A stretch of 64,000 bases of DNA, taken from contig CM060732.1 in assembly GCA_030704615.1 (NCBI GenBank), forward strand, positions 42,532,001 through 42,596,000. The letters are read 5' to 3'. Below are positions 40,201 through 52,419 of this stretch, piece after piece. A program made the position numbers and the translations under genes. Source of the DNA: Takakia lepidozioides (Eukaryota; Plantae; Bryophyta). The notes beneath the pieces are model-generated. The model worked only from the letters and a program-made list of their open reading frames with translations, was not told the origin of the DNA and searched no databases. How positions within the stretch are numbered: position 1 is the stretch's first letter; each line of letters begins with the position of its first letter.

Positions 40201-43200
40201 TTTTGGTGGTCTGTAGTGTGGGGAGGAAGGCTATTGTATTAGGGGAAATTTGACCGTTGTGTCGTTGTAATTAACCTATGCACCTTTATGCCCGAATAGT
40301 CGATTTTCACACCATGTGCTCTTGCCCCGTCTCCCTCTCTCTCAGTTGATCAGTCTGTGTGGGGGTGGATATGGCAAGTTATCAGCTGCTGTCGCAGTAG
40401 AAGAGTTTGGGAATGAACAAGAGCATGGCCTGTTGTTTGTGGAGACGTTGCGGGTCTTCACAGCATCGGATGCCATGGCAGCCATGACCACATCATATGC
40501 ATGCGACCAGGAACCGGAGATTGCGGAAGCCTACTTCAGTTTCACATCCACTTTTGTTCGCTGTTGTTCCAAGGTAACCTCAGTTCTTTTGCTTTTTTTT
40601 TGTAGTTAAGTGGATGTGTTCTTTCACTAAGCCCAGTGGAGCTTTGATGGCATGCCCTACTGAGGGTTTCTTAAGTTATTTCATGCTCTTTATCCCAAGC
40701 TACACCTTTGGACACGGCTTACCTTGATGACGAGGTGCATGTGATAGTAGCTGCTGTATCCTGTCTCTGGTGATTGGTAGCAAGCTTGCAGTACTCCACA
40801 GGGGCCTCATGGCATGATTCATACATTTGACATTCAACTTTTATGAGTCTTCCCAAAAGTTGGGTGACAACTTCTCAAAACTGTACAACAGCTCACATTT
40901 GAACCAGCCTGAGCTGGAACATCCATTCAGCTTCATCATGTGAACCAAATTTGATAACGGTCCGTGTTGAGCAGGAGGTAGTGGCAGCTGCAGATTCACT
41001 ACTAGAAGCCTCATTCAATCGGGCTGCTATCTGCTGCACAGCTATGCATCGAGGTGCAGCTCTTGCAGCAATGTCTTACATGTCCAGTGCGTTCCAGAAC
41101 CCCTCAAAACTTTCTTTTTCTTTTCTCTCTGCTGTGTCCCCCAACCCTTTTGTTTCCCTTTTCCATGCTGTTGATAGTAATCTGTGCATAAGTTGTTTTT
41201 TCCTTCTTTCTATATGATCTGGCAGCGTGGAACATACTTCTTTCAAATCACCACATATGGTTTCTGTGATTACCTTCATTGAAGGGTTGCTAACAGCACA
41301 TGTGGCTGCTGCAGGTTTTCTAGGAGTTGGGTTATCATCGTTAATAGAATCGGGGATGCCTGTTGTGGAAGGCTCCCTTTCGGCTGCTGTTTCGAGAATA
41401 TGCTCACATTGTGGCGAGAATGTTATCTCGGGCATGCTGTATGCTCTACTGGGCGTTTCTGCTATGGCAAGGGTATGGGACCCACTATGCCTTAGGTTCA
41501 TGTAAAAGTACAGCATGCTACCTGGCAGGACATATAGTGCTGTAAAACGAATCCTGGGTAGTACTGAAAACGTTGTCAATTGGGACAAGGGAGGGAGAGA
41601 GGACGTGAGTACATCTGTTCTCTGGCTTTCATCCTAATGTTCTGCAATAGGGAAGTTTCTGATCTCTATTAAAATTTGGTGGTTTCTTCTGCAGGTCCAT
41701 AAAGCAACCACTATATTGCAGCAGCTAGCAGCATTGTGTTATCTTAGTGAAGGCACAGAGAAGAAACTGTCACTACGGTGGACTTCCCTGCAGGGCTGGC
41801 TTGTAGCTGCAGTAAGTACATGCTCCTTTTGGTGCTGGCTGCTATTTTGTTCTGACATTCTTGGAATCTGGTTCTCTTTCTCACTCTTGATTGATGCTTG
41901 TGTGAAGGGCTTTCTAGAGGAAACCTGACAGTAAGTCCCATTACTGGAGTGAGCCCCTCACAAAGGTAGTAACTGTTCCCTTTAGTTCCACCCAAACTGT
42001 GTGGAATCTATGGCCACAAGGCTACGGCGAACAGCGTCTTATGAGTACATTCTCTCACACTCTTTCTCTGCCCTTTCTCAACCACTGTGCGGCAGGCAGC
42101 CAGGTGTGTCACATGTAGGCTGTATCCATCTCCTGGTGGGTGCTAACCCCACAATTCGGGTCAATACCCTGGAGGGACTTCCACTCAAGACCAACAGTCA
42201 TAGGGAACAGTGTACCTTTACCCACTCTCGGCATTAGACTGAAATTTATACTCAGGGCAGGAGGCCTACCTTTGAACAGCAAACAGTTGCAGAGAGGAAA
42301 GGGTGAGTGCAAATGCCCGTTGTGTGGGCAACCTGAAGACAATATTCATTTTTTGATTCATTGTCCTGGGAACTCTCACCAGAGAGACGCCCTCTTCAAA
42401 TCCATCAAGGGATTTGTGCCTGTACCTCAGTTTACCAACTCCAAAAATCTCGAGGCTGAGCCAAAAGCGCAGGCCCTTTTGGGGCCTAGTTATCGGGCAA
42501 ATCACACACAGCAGATTGATGCTTGTGTGATGGGATTCCCAGAGGATATCTGGAAAACTTGGTTCAATTGTCTGTTCCAAGGTAAGCCATACTACCGGCA
42601 TCAGCCCCTGACAAAGGTAGTTTCTGCCCTTTGTGTTCCGCTCAAACTGGGCGCGGGGTCAATTACCACAAGGCTACGGCAACCAACGGCTTATGAGTAC
42701 ATTCTCTCTCTCTCTTTGACCTTAATTTAAACTCAGGGCAGGAAGCCTACCTTTGAACAGCAAACAGAAGCAGAGAGGAAAGGGAGAGTGCAATTGCCCG
42801 TTGTGTGGGCAATCTGAAGACAGTATTCATTTTCTGATACACTGTCCGGGGTTCTCTCACCAAAGAGACGCTCTCTTCAAATCTATCAAGGGAATTGTGC
42901 CTGTACCCCTGTTTACCAACTTTGAAAGTCTCGAGGCTGAGCCAAAAGCCCAGGCCCTCCTGAGGCCTAGTTTTTGGGCAAATCACACACAGCAGATTGA
43001 TGCTTGTGTGAAGGGATTTCTAGAGGATATCTGGAAAACCCGGATTAATTCTATATATGAAGGTAAGTCTTACTACCAACGTCAGCCCCTGACAGAGGTA
43101 GGTTCTGTCCCTTTTGTTCCCGCTCAAACTGGGCGCGGGGTCAATGGCCACAAGGCTACGGCAAACAACGTCTTATGAGTACAATCTTTGACCTTAATTT

Positions 43201-43707
43201 TCTGGGGTATTTATGTCCATCAAACTGCTTGACAGCCCACCTCTTGCAGCGAGTGTTTCGCGATGGTAGTGGTCCCCATCTGCTATCCTCCCATCCTCCC
43301 CCCTTTCTACTTGTCAACAGCAAAGCTACAGCAAACTAAGTCTAATGAGTATTTCTCTTCAATCCTGTGGTCGGGTCCCTCACCACAAGGGTACCTAATT
43401 TTAGTCACCACGTAGTCTCTTTTGGAAGTAACAACTGCTAAAGTTAATATCCCGGGTGCTATGGCAGGTGCAAGCACTGCCACCTGAGTACTTGAAGCAA
43501 GGGGAGGTAGAGATACTGATACCCACCTGGCTCAAGGCAATGGAGGCTGCAGCCTCGGACTTGTATAAAACCCAGACAGTGTGCAATGGAGGTCGAGCAG
43601 GTAGCGGAGGCTACTTGCAGGGTGATGGTGGCCGCTCGTTGAAGCGTTTACTCCGCGAATTTGCAGATGCTCATCGGTACACGCTGCCAGCATTTGGGTC
43701 AAGCTGA
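31225..43707 (+). CDS. Importin-beta/transportin family (TNPO3/importin-13-like) HEAT-repeat protein, At1g12930-like; more than 20 exons
   Basis: Starts [17 protein letters not shown]...[12 protein letters not shown]. In-frame exons include 31225-31434, 31932-32030, 32542-32766 ([24 protein letters not shown]) and 33646-33765 (VLRCLLSW), and later [12 protein letters not shown] and [19 protein letters not shown]. The last exon 43468-43707 reads [13 protein letters not shown]...[16 protein letters not shown]. Confidence 0.92.
36516..36665 (+). mobile_element. Two very short 3'-end fragments of a (CT)n-tailed LINE family, intronic
   Basis: ...TGGCCACA(A/G)GGCTACGG...GTCTTATGAGTACAT(CT)n occurs twice, with the same 3' end as the copies at 41.9-43.2 kb. 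Confidence 0.7.
36700..37250 (+). mobile_element. 5'-truncated LINE (RTEX/RTE-like) C-terminal zinc-finger fragment, intronic
   Basis: [53 protein letters not shown] (from ~36920). Confidence 0.8.
41888..43200 (+). mobile_element. Three stacked 5'-truncated copies of a LINE (CCHC zinc finger CPLC...HFLIHCP) in the last intron
   Basis: Copies at ~41888-42058, ~42075-42714 and 42729-43184, each ending ...TTATGAGTACA. The third copy is flanked by a 16-bp duplication TCTTTGACCTTAATTT (42713-42728, 43185-43200). Confidence 0.85.
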
Positions 43708-44890
43708 ACAAACTTTTGTCTGCCATTTAGATCTATTATCCCCAGGAGTCCCAGCCACAATATCTGGGCTTCCTGAGACGGAGTTAGAAGTTTGGTTGCT
43801 GGGAGGCATGAAGTAGGAGTAAGAGCCATTGCTTGTGGCGGTTGTCTCTGCAGTTGAGGTAAGTCCCATTTCGGTGGATTATGGCAGGCAGTCAAAAGAT
43901 TTTTCCATTGGGATGGGAGAGCTTTGATCCCAGTTACCAGGTGGGAATTAGCGTCAAATCTCATTAGTAAATAAAATGGTGCTCTGGGCAAACCAGCTTC
44001 ATCTGTTCCGTATGTCCTAGGCATGATGCCTGGTGATTGAGCTTTTTGGCTGTGTTTGCAGTCGTTGTCATGTCTGTTTTCAACAGCTTGTATTACAGGT
44101 TGGTGGGGGTGTGAATTTTTAATGTGATGTGTTCCAGTCCTTCTTTGGCTCAGGTGAACCAACAATGACTGCCTGGATGTGGAGCTTCTGGTGTTAACCA
44201 ACATGATAACAAGTCATTATTGTTACCAAGCTATTTAATCCATGACGATTTGACGATTTGACCATTGATCGTGTTGATCTTTCGTGGTGAAGACCACCAG
44301 CCTTATCCAGGTGGTCGGGGACAGGTGTAGATGTTTTCTGTCAATTGAATACTCTGCTCAAACAACGGTCTCCCAAAAAGGACAGGAGTTTCAGTCGTTA
44401 GTGAGATTCGCCACAGTTAGTCACATGGAAGTGCAAAGATGGTACGAGTTTGGTTGCAAGCAGCATTTCGCAGGGTATAATTTGTAAAAGGGAAAATCCA
44501 GAAGAGTGCAGCCCACACATTCCTCTTTCTCTGGTTGTCCATGCATGTTGTTATTGTTGTTCTCTCCTCCAGATTGAAGAACTACTTGAACATGATGTGG
44601 AATAACTTTGCTTCTTGAGCCAGTAGTCATCAGGAAGTGGTCCAGGAACCAGTTCATTCTATGACACAGTTCGCCTCATTGATCCAAGAGGAGAACTTAG
44701 TGTGGTACACAGGAAGATGGTTTAAATGCATATGGTTTGTTGATAAATTTTCAGCAGTTGGATCATTAATATGCCTTTAGGCTTTAATTTAGAAGCATAC
44801 TTGATTCACAAAGTAAATATTCTGTTGCAAAATTCAGACTTTGCGGTACAAAATAATATTGCAGATTTTAATACGCAAAGTGAAGCGAGC

Positions 44891-44958
44891 CTCATTGTCA
44901 AACATGCTAGCATCTATTGTCTTCTCATTGTCAAACATGCTAGCATCTATTGTCTTCT
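44891..44958. repeat. Perfect 33-bp tandem duplication
   Basis: CTCATTGTCAAACATGCTAGCATCTATTGTCTT x2. Confidence 0.9.
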
Positions 44959-45096
44959 GACAAAAACAAATTCTTGATCCCTTGCTCAACCACCTTTCAA
45001 TCCGCACATCATCCGGCCCATTATTTAACATTAGAACTAATTTGTCAAGGTTGTCAATGCCAAGTCGACATTGATCACAATCCGAGTCATCCTTAA

Positions 45097-45744
45097 CCCC
45101 TAAACGTCCGGGGTCGTTCACTTTTCCAAACAAATCCACCCCTGCAGTGAAAAATCGCAAGAACTTGCTGAAAAATGAGAAATTTAAAGTTTTGACCGCA
45201 CATTATGTGATCACCTACCACATCAAGGCATGTGCAAAATTTGGAGGCAATCACCCCAGATCTGCAAAATTGCCACCGTTGAATGTGAGGCCCACTTTTT
45301 GGGGCCTCAGTAAAACAAAACAAGTTGGAGTCAGTAAATTGGGAATTTGCCTGAGGGGATGACATCCGTTTTAGCTGAATCTTCTCCCAGTTGTCCCCCT
45401 CCAGATCCTTCATCCAGCAAGATGAAAAGCAAGCCATTTGGCCAAGCAATGTGCTTGTGACACTTGGTCAAAGTAGGGGGGTACACCAAACGTGTGAAGT
45501 AAATAGGACCTGGAGGAGGCCAGATACTAGAGGCGCGGGAGGTCTCCAGCCGACCCCCTTGTACTTTAAGAAAATCCTACTCACTGCCCTCAGGGGATCT
45601 ACGGGATCTGTAAATGGGAGGTGATAGCCAACTTCTGGGCCCTCAAGATGGCCAAAATTTCACCACAAATGGCCAAGATCTGCAAAAGTTATGGGCCCCG
45701 AAAACCTCCAGCGACCCGATTCGGGTCGCTTGGAAGTTTAGGGG
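45097..45744. mobile_element. piggyBac-like non-autonomous element (648 bp) with TTAA target-site duplication
   Basis: TTAA|CCCCTAAACGTCC ... GGAAGTTTAGGGG|TTAA; TIRs match at 12/13. Confidence 0.75.
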
Positions 45745-45908
45745 TTAATAAAATCAAACCTAGGGCCTCTACCCCCTGTCCCCCCCCCCCCAACAAAAAA
45801 ACCGACAATGCCCTACCGATAAAAATATAAAAAACAGTGGCGGGCCAAGTCGACATTGCCCTACCGACATTGCACTTGGGGCTGGACATGGCCTGACCCT
45901 AGCCCAAC

Positions 45909-48900
45909 TTCATATCTACTAGGGTAGCTCACTTAGCTATTTTCCGGAATTTCCAACGACCCAAAGTACTTGAAATTCCACATCTCCCACACCGTAGATC
46001 CAAAAATCACGAGACCAAGCCCGTACACCCCCTCCTCGTCGAGGGCTTTCCAATGGTACCAAGCACCAAGGCTGGGGCCTCGCGGTTGGGGACATCTCAA
46101 ATCTACAAAACAAACAAAACAAAACAAAACAACGTCTTGATTCATATCAATTGGGTAGCCTGTGCCGTTGGCCCAAGTGTCCAGTGTTGTCCAAGTGCAA
46201 TCCCTATGTATCCAAGTGCGTCTCTTATGTATCCAACTTGGGCGTCTCCCATGTGCGTTTCCTATGTCGAGGCCCAGTGTGCAATCTCCTATGTATCCAA
46301 GTACGTCTCCTATGTTGAGGCCCAAATGCAACCTCTAGGGTAGCCTACGCGGTTGGCTTAGGTGTCCAATGTCATCTAAGTCTAATCATTTTTTTCCCAC
46401 ATAGCCTACAACCAGATTTGAACGGAGACCTTTCCCTTGATATCTCTCATGTCGAGGCTTCAACCATTGTCCCAGGAATGCCCACTTTGCTATTTTTTCC
46501 GAATTCCCAACGGCCCAAAGTACTTGAAATTCCACATCTCCCACACCGTAGGTCCAAAAATCATGAGACCAAGCCCGTGCACCCCTCCTCGTCGAGGGCT
46601 TTCCAATGGTACCAAAGCACCAGGGCTGGGCCTCGCGGTTGGGGACATCTCAAATCAACAAAACAAACAAAACAAAACAAAACAAACGTCTCGCTTCATA
46701 TATCAATATTAGGGTAGCCTATGCCGTTGGCCCAAGTGTCCAAGGTTATGTAAGCCCAAGTGCCATCTCCTATGCATTCAAGCGCGTCTCTTATGTCTAG
46801 ACCCAAGTATGACCTCCAGGTAGCATGTGCCGTTGGCCCAAGTGTCCAATGTCATCTAAGTCATCCAAGTTTTCCATGGAATCTGCGACCTGATTTGAAC
46901 CGGAGACCTTTTCCTTGATATCTCTCCTGTCGAGGCTCCGATCATTGTGCTAGAAGAGCCCACTTTCCTATTATTTGCGAATTTCCAGCGACCAAAAGTA
47001 CTTGATATTTGACATTTCCCACACCACAGGTCCAAAAATCATGAGACCAAGCCCGTGCACCCCTCCTCACAAAGGGCTTTCCAACGGTACGAAGCACCAA
47101 GGCTGGGGCCCGCAATTTGGGACATCTCAACGTGACAAAACAAAACAAACAAAACGTCTCGCTTCATCCCAAGGGTCCAATGTCATCTAAGTCCAAATGC
47201 ATTTATTTTCCACTGAGCCTACGACCAGATTTGAACCGGAGACCTTTCCCTTGATATCTCTCCTCTCGAGGCTCCAACCACTGTCCCATGAATTCCCACT
47301 TTGCTATTTTTCGTGAATTTCCAGCGACCCAAAGTACTTGAAATTCCAAATCTCCCACGTGAAGGACCAATCATTGTTCCAGGAAAGCCCACTTTGCTAT
47401 TTTTTGTGAATTTCCACCGACCAAAAGTACTCCGAATTCCACATCTCCCACACCGCGGGTCCAAAAATCATGAGACCAAGCCGGTGCACCCCTCCTCATC
47501 GAGGGCTTTCCAACGGCACCAAGCACCGGGGCTGGGGCCGCGGTTTGGGAGATCTCAAGGACGCTACAAACAAAACAAAACAAAACAAACGTCTCGATTC
47601 ATATATTGATACTAGGGTAGCCTGTGTCGTTGGCCCAAGTGTCAAGTGTCATCTAAGCCCAAGTGCAATCTCCTATGTATGCAAGTTTGTGTCCTATGTC
47701 GAGGCCCAAGTGCGACCTCTAGGGTAGCATCTGTCGTTGGCCCAAGGGTCCAATGTCATCTAAGTCCAATTCCACAGAGCCTACGACTAGATTTGAACCG
47801 GAGACCTTTCCCTTGATATCTCTCCTCTCGAATCTCCAACCATTGTCCCAGGAATTCCCACTTTGCTATTTTCGGGAATTTCCAGTGACCCAAAGTACTT
47901 GAAATTCCACATCTCCCATACCACATGTCTAAAAATCATGAGACCAAGCCCGTGCACCCCTCCTCATCGAGGGCTTTCCAATGGTACCAAGCACCAAGGT
48001 TGGGGCCTCGCAGTTGGGGACATCTCAAATCTACAAACCAAAACAAAACAAAACAAAACCAACGGCAGAAGCTACCCTAGAGGTCACACTTGGGCCTCGA
48101 CATAGGAAATTGCACTTGGTCTTAGATCTCAACTCTTCATACATGGGCCAAAGGCACAAAGTGGGCTTTCCTGGGAGCCTCGACAGGAGATACATCAATA
48201 ATGAATGGATATATTACTACTCAATAAATTAATGGAGAAAAAATAAATTGGGCCTTGACATGGGGAGACGTACTTGGATACATAGGAGATTGCACTTGGG
48301 CAAGTTACAAGATACTGGACACTTGGGCCTCTACGTGGGAGATGCACTTGGATACATAAATAGAAGATTGCACTTGGGCTTAGATGGGCCTCAATATAGG
48401 AAATTGCGTAGGAAATTGCACATGGAGTTAGATATCAATTCTTCACACATGGGCCAATGACGTAGGTTACACTAGAGGTCGCACTTGCGCCTTGACATAG
48501 GAGACACATTGGGATACATAGGAAATTGCACTTGGTCTTAGATTTCAAATCTTCATACATGGGCCTAAAGCACATGCACTACCGTAGATGTCACGCTTGG
48601 GCCTCAACATAGGAGACGCACTCGGATACATAGAAAATCTTATATTTGGACTTAGATGACACTGGACACTTGGGCCAACGGCACAGGCTACCCTAGCTGA
48701 TATGAAGCGAGACGTTTGTTTTGTTTTGTTTTGTTGTGTCACGTTGAGATGTACCAAACCACAAGGCCCCAACCTTGGTGCTTGGTACCGTTGGACAGCC
48801 CTCAACGAGGAGGGGTGCACAGGCTTGGTCTCATGATTTTTGGACCTACGGTGTGGGAGATGTGGAATTCTAAGTACTTTTGGTCGCTAGAAATCAACGA

Positions 48901-49557
48901 CGCAACGGCGTGAGCCTTGCGCGTGAGCGCACGCTCACGGAGGAGTGACGTGGCGTGAGCGTATGCTCAAGCCAGCTGACGTGGCGTGAGCTTGCACCAA
49001 CGCTGACGTGGCGTTAGCGTGATGTCAGCAAGCTGACATCGTGACAAATGCTAACGTGGCGCTGCGTCGTCATCTGCCACATCAGCATAAACATGCGGCG
49101 TCTATATCCGAGGATGGTCCTATGATCGTGGGATTAATCCAGGCAATCGTTGGCTGAATACAATGAAGACTACCATCAAACACCCAAAATAGGAAATAAG
49201 CCTACAACTGTGGCATCCACTCCACAACATTGTGCAATTAGAATTGTAAGTTTCACTATTACAATTACAAAGACGACAAAATAACCTCACAACGTGAATG
49301 CCATAGAGGCTGCCACGGGAAGACCATGGGAAACCATCTTGATGTCCAAATGTGCCATGATACATGAGTTCTAAAAACTTGCCACACAGAGCACACGCCA
49401 AATGCCAAAACAGAACAGAATTGATGATCGTCGACGATCATCACGACCTCTACCAAAACGCCAAACCAGAGTAATTTTTTTTTTAAACAATAAGAAAAAA
49501 AAACAAAAAAACAAAAAAACAAAAGCAAAGTAGAAGTAATGAGAAAAATACGGGAAA

Positions 49558-49589
<32 letters not shown>

Positions 49590-51423
49590 AACAAAAAACA
49601 GAAGTGATGATCGGTAATGATCGGCACCGATCATCACGTACAGTGCTTCAAGATTTTGCAAAGTATTTTTCATTTCGGCCAGAAATGTGGTCCACATTGT
49701 TTTACTTTCATATTTGAGTCCCACATCTTTCCCCCCTTGCAAAGTTAGTTGTCCATCAAAACATGATCATAGGGCTAGAAAGAAGTGATGATCGGCACCG
49801 ATCATCACTCAAAAACTGTTGTGCTTTTGCAGAGAAATCTTAATTTCGTCCAAAAATGTGAATTGCATCGTTTTGCTTTCGTGTTTCAGTCCTACCTTTC
49901 CCCGATTGAAACTGAAATCTTCAAGAAAATGTGATGATCGGCAACGATCATCACATTTAGATCTTCTTCAGGGTGGTACTTATGAGGTAGTAGAATTCCT
50001 ATCAGCAGTCACTCTCTGTAGGGAATTTGATGATCGTCGCCGATCATCACATTCTCATGTTTTGTGAATTGACATGTTGGGAATTGCATTGGGTTTGTGA
50101 GTTCGCACGTACACAAAATATGTGATCATGGAGGAAAAACACTTGAGCGGTGTCCCTGATTATCTCGACATGTGGTCAGATCTCAACATGTGGTCGGATC
50201 CTCGCTTGGGATCACAAACCGATTCCGTATTCGACAGCCCCATGCCCAGTTTTTTACTTCATGTGTATGCAGAAGAATGGCACTTCGCTTGTCCGAGGCC
50301 CCATCACCTAATCCCAGAATGTCTGCACGCGGGAGTAGATATCCCAGATCCGGAGTTGTGAAATTTTTGGACTTGGATGCAGAGGATGCGGGGATATGTT
50401 ATGATGAGTCCGAGTCAAATTGACCTTCAAAGTTTCTATGTACTCTTTCTTCATCCTCATAAAGTATTTTGACTTGTTGCGACTATTCATTTGTCCCTAG
50501 TACGAACGGAATGACTAATTACAAAACACACATTCACGGGTTGGCATGGCCCCACATGATATTGAAATACAGGAAATCCAACAGAGTTCGAAATTGCTTA
50601 CATCAATCCATCGCAGTGTTTGTACTCATTCCCTGTACATAAATCCATCCTGCATTCATGAATCATTCACATTGTTCGCACTCATCCATGTTATATTCCT
50701 CCATGCTACATTCATCCATCCTACATTCATCCTTCATCCAATCGATCGGCTGAATGTTAGAGATGTAGTCTGCAATGACTAGAAAATGGTAAATCATTCC
50801 GCGGAAATAGGCACTTACATTCTGTCCGCGGAAATAGGTCCGTGCCTTTGGAAATGACGTGGCGTCAACCACGCTGGCGAGGACCGCTGACGTGTTGTGA
50901 CACCCGTGAACCAACGTGGCGACAACTGCTGACGTGGCGTGCGCTTAACTGCGCTCTCGTGCTCACACGCTCACGCGGCCAAGCTCACGCGGAGGCATTT
51001 CCCGCTGGAAATTCACAAAAAATATCAAAGTGGGCATTCCTGGGACAATGGTTGGAGCCTCTATATGAGAGATATCAAGGGAAAGGTCTCCGGTTCAAAT
51101 TATGGTCGTAGGCTCTGTGGAAAAAAAATGATGAGATATAACTAAAACGAATTTCAAGTATTTTTGGTTGCTGGACAATGATTGGAGTCTCGACATGAGA
51201 GATATCAATGGAAAGGTCTCCGGTTCAAATCCAGTCATAGGCTCTGTGGAAAAAAAAATGATTAGACCCAGGCAACTTAGTTGACATTGGACACTTGGGC
51301 CAACAGCACAGACTACCCTAGAGGTCGCATTTGGGCATGGACATAGGAGATGCACTTGGATACATATGGGATTGCACTTGGACACTTGGGCCAACAGCAC
51401 AGGCTACCCTAGTTGATATGAAG
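45909..51423. repeat. Complex tandem and inverted array of a ~0.5-kb Helitron-like non-autonomous unit
   Basis: About five copies in one orientation (45.9-48.06 kb) and inverted copies (48.07-48.89 kb, 51.0-51.42 kb). Units carry an imperfect hairpin + CTAG (GGGCCAACGGCACAGGCTACCCTAG) joined to TGATATGAAGCGAGACGTTTGTTTTGTTTTG. Confidence 0.7.
48895..51002. mobile_element. Mutator-like non-autonomous insertion (~2.1 kb) interrupting one repeat unit
   Basis: Flanked by CGCTAGAAAT (48885-48894) and CGCTGGAAAT (51003-51012). Degenerate inverted ends contain GCGTGAGC repeats, with TGACGTGGC clusters near both ends. Confidence 0.6.
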
Positions 51424-52419
51424 GAAGCCAATAACTCAATTTTAACTAATTCCGGACTTGAAATGAGTCCAGAAATAAGGATAAGTGAATAAATAAATCA
51501 TATATGAAATCCAAAAAATAATTTTTATTCCACTAACAATACGTTAGTGCCATTATAAATTAGTCAAATATACTTTGATCAACTTTAGAAATGTTCGCGG
51601 ATGTTGGACAAATGAAAAAACTTTGACTCTAATGCCGATGTTCATGAAGAGAAAGAAAGAAAGAATATATACTTCAACCACCTCATGTAGAGCTTAAAGT
51701 CCAAAACTGACAAAAAGTGGAAACAAACATTAAAATCAGGAGAGCTTCATTTATAGTTCAGATCATCCAATAGAAATGACAAATCAAATTTGGACACGGA
51801 TGAGAATAGATCATTTTTATTTTCGAATATCATTGAATGCACAATGATATTCACTACAAGCGACCTTGACATGTAAGTCGAACTGTACAGATACAACTAA
51901 AGAACTTGCGATTTCTACAGCAAATTGTCCATATGCCCTGCCACAACCGTAAATAATACTATAATTGTTAAGAACTAACATCATGGGATGACATATTCTA
52001 GACTTGAGAAGCCGTCACGAATGATGATTCCCTACCCAAACGACTTGTATTCAGGGGCTGAGTTCGAAGACGCCTCCCTATGCCCCATCCGATTCCAGCT
52101 TGACTTTTTGCACCAGACGAGAATGATCTATTCTCGGAATGGTCGAATAGATCATCAGAATTGATACTGGAACGTGTGGTTGACGAAGTTGAAGATCTTG
52201 AACCATTCACATATTGAACCAGTCCGATCTTGAACCATTTCGATTTTTGAACCATTCTGACGAATGATTGCTTTCTCTTTGATAACCAGAGTCATCACTC
52301 ATACTCGTAAGTCACTGAAAAATATCGAAGACCACAAACCCAATAAACGACTGGCTAATTGAGAAACTAAAATAAAGAACAATACATACCTAAAAAAAGT
52401 GCATGTTACCCATCAATAT

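Noticed and set aside
31225-43707. Assigning the symbol MOS14
   Set aside because: The N-terminus resembles the At1g12930-type paralogue (VAxAxHVLNHD...[12 protein letters not shown]) rather than MOS14 proper, so no symbol is given.
45933-48913. Many 60-130 aa ORFs in the repeat array
   Set aside because: They are recurring translations of a non-coding repeat on both strands, with no protein motifs.
49422-50050. CRISPR-like array (palindromic repeats with unique spacers)
   Set aside because: Spacers are 75-160 bp and irregular, there are no cas genes, and the context is eukaryotic and inside a TE.
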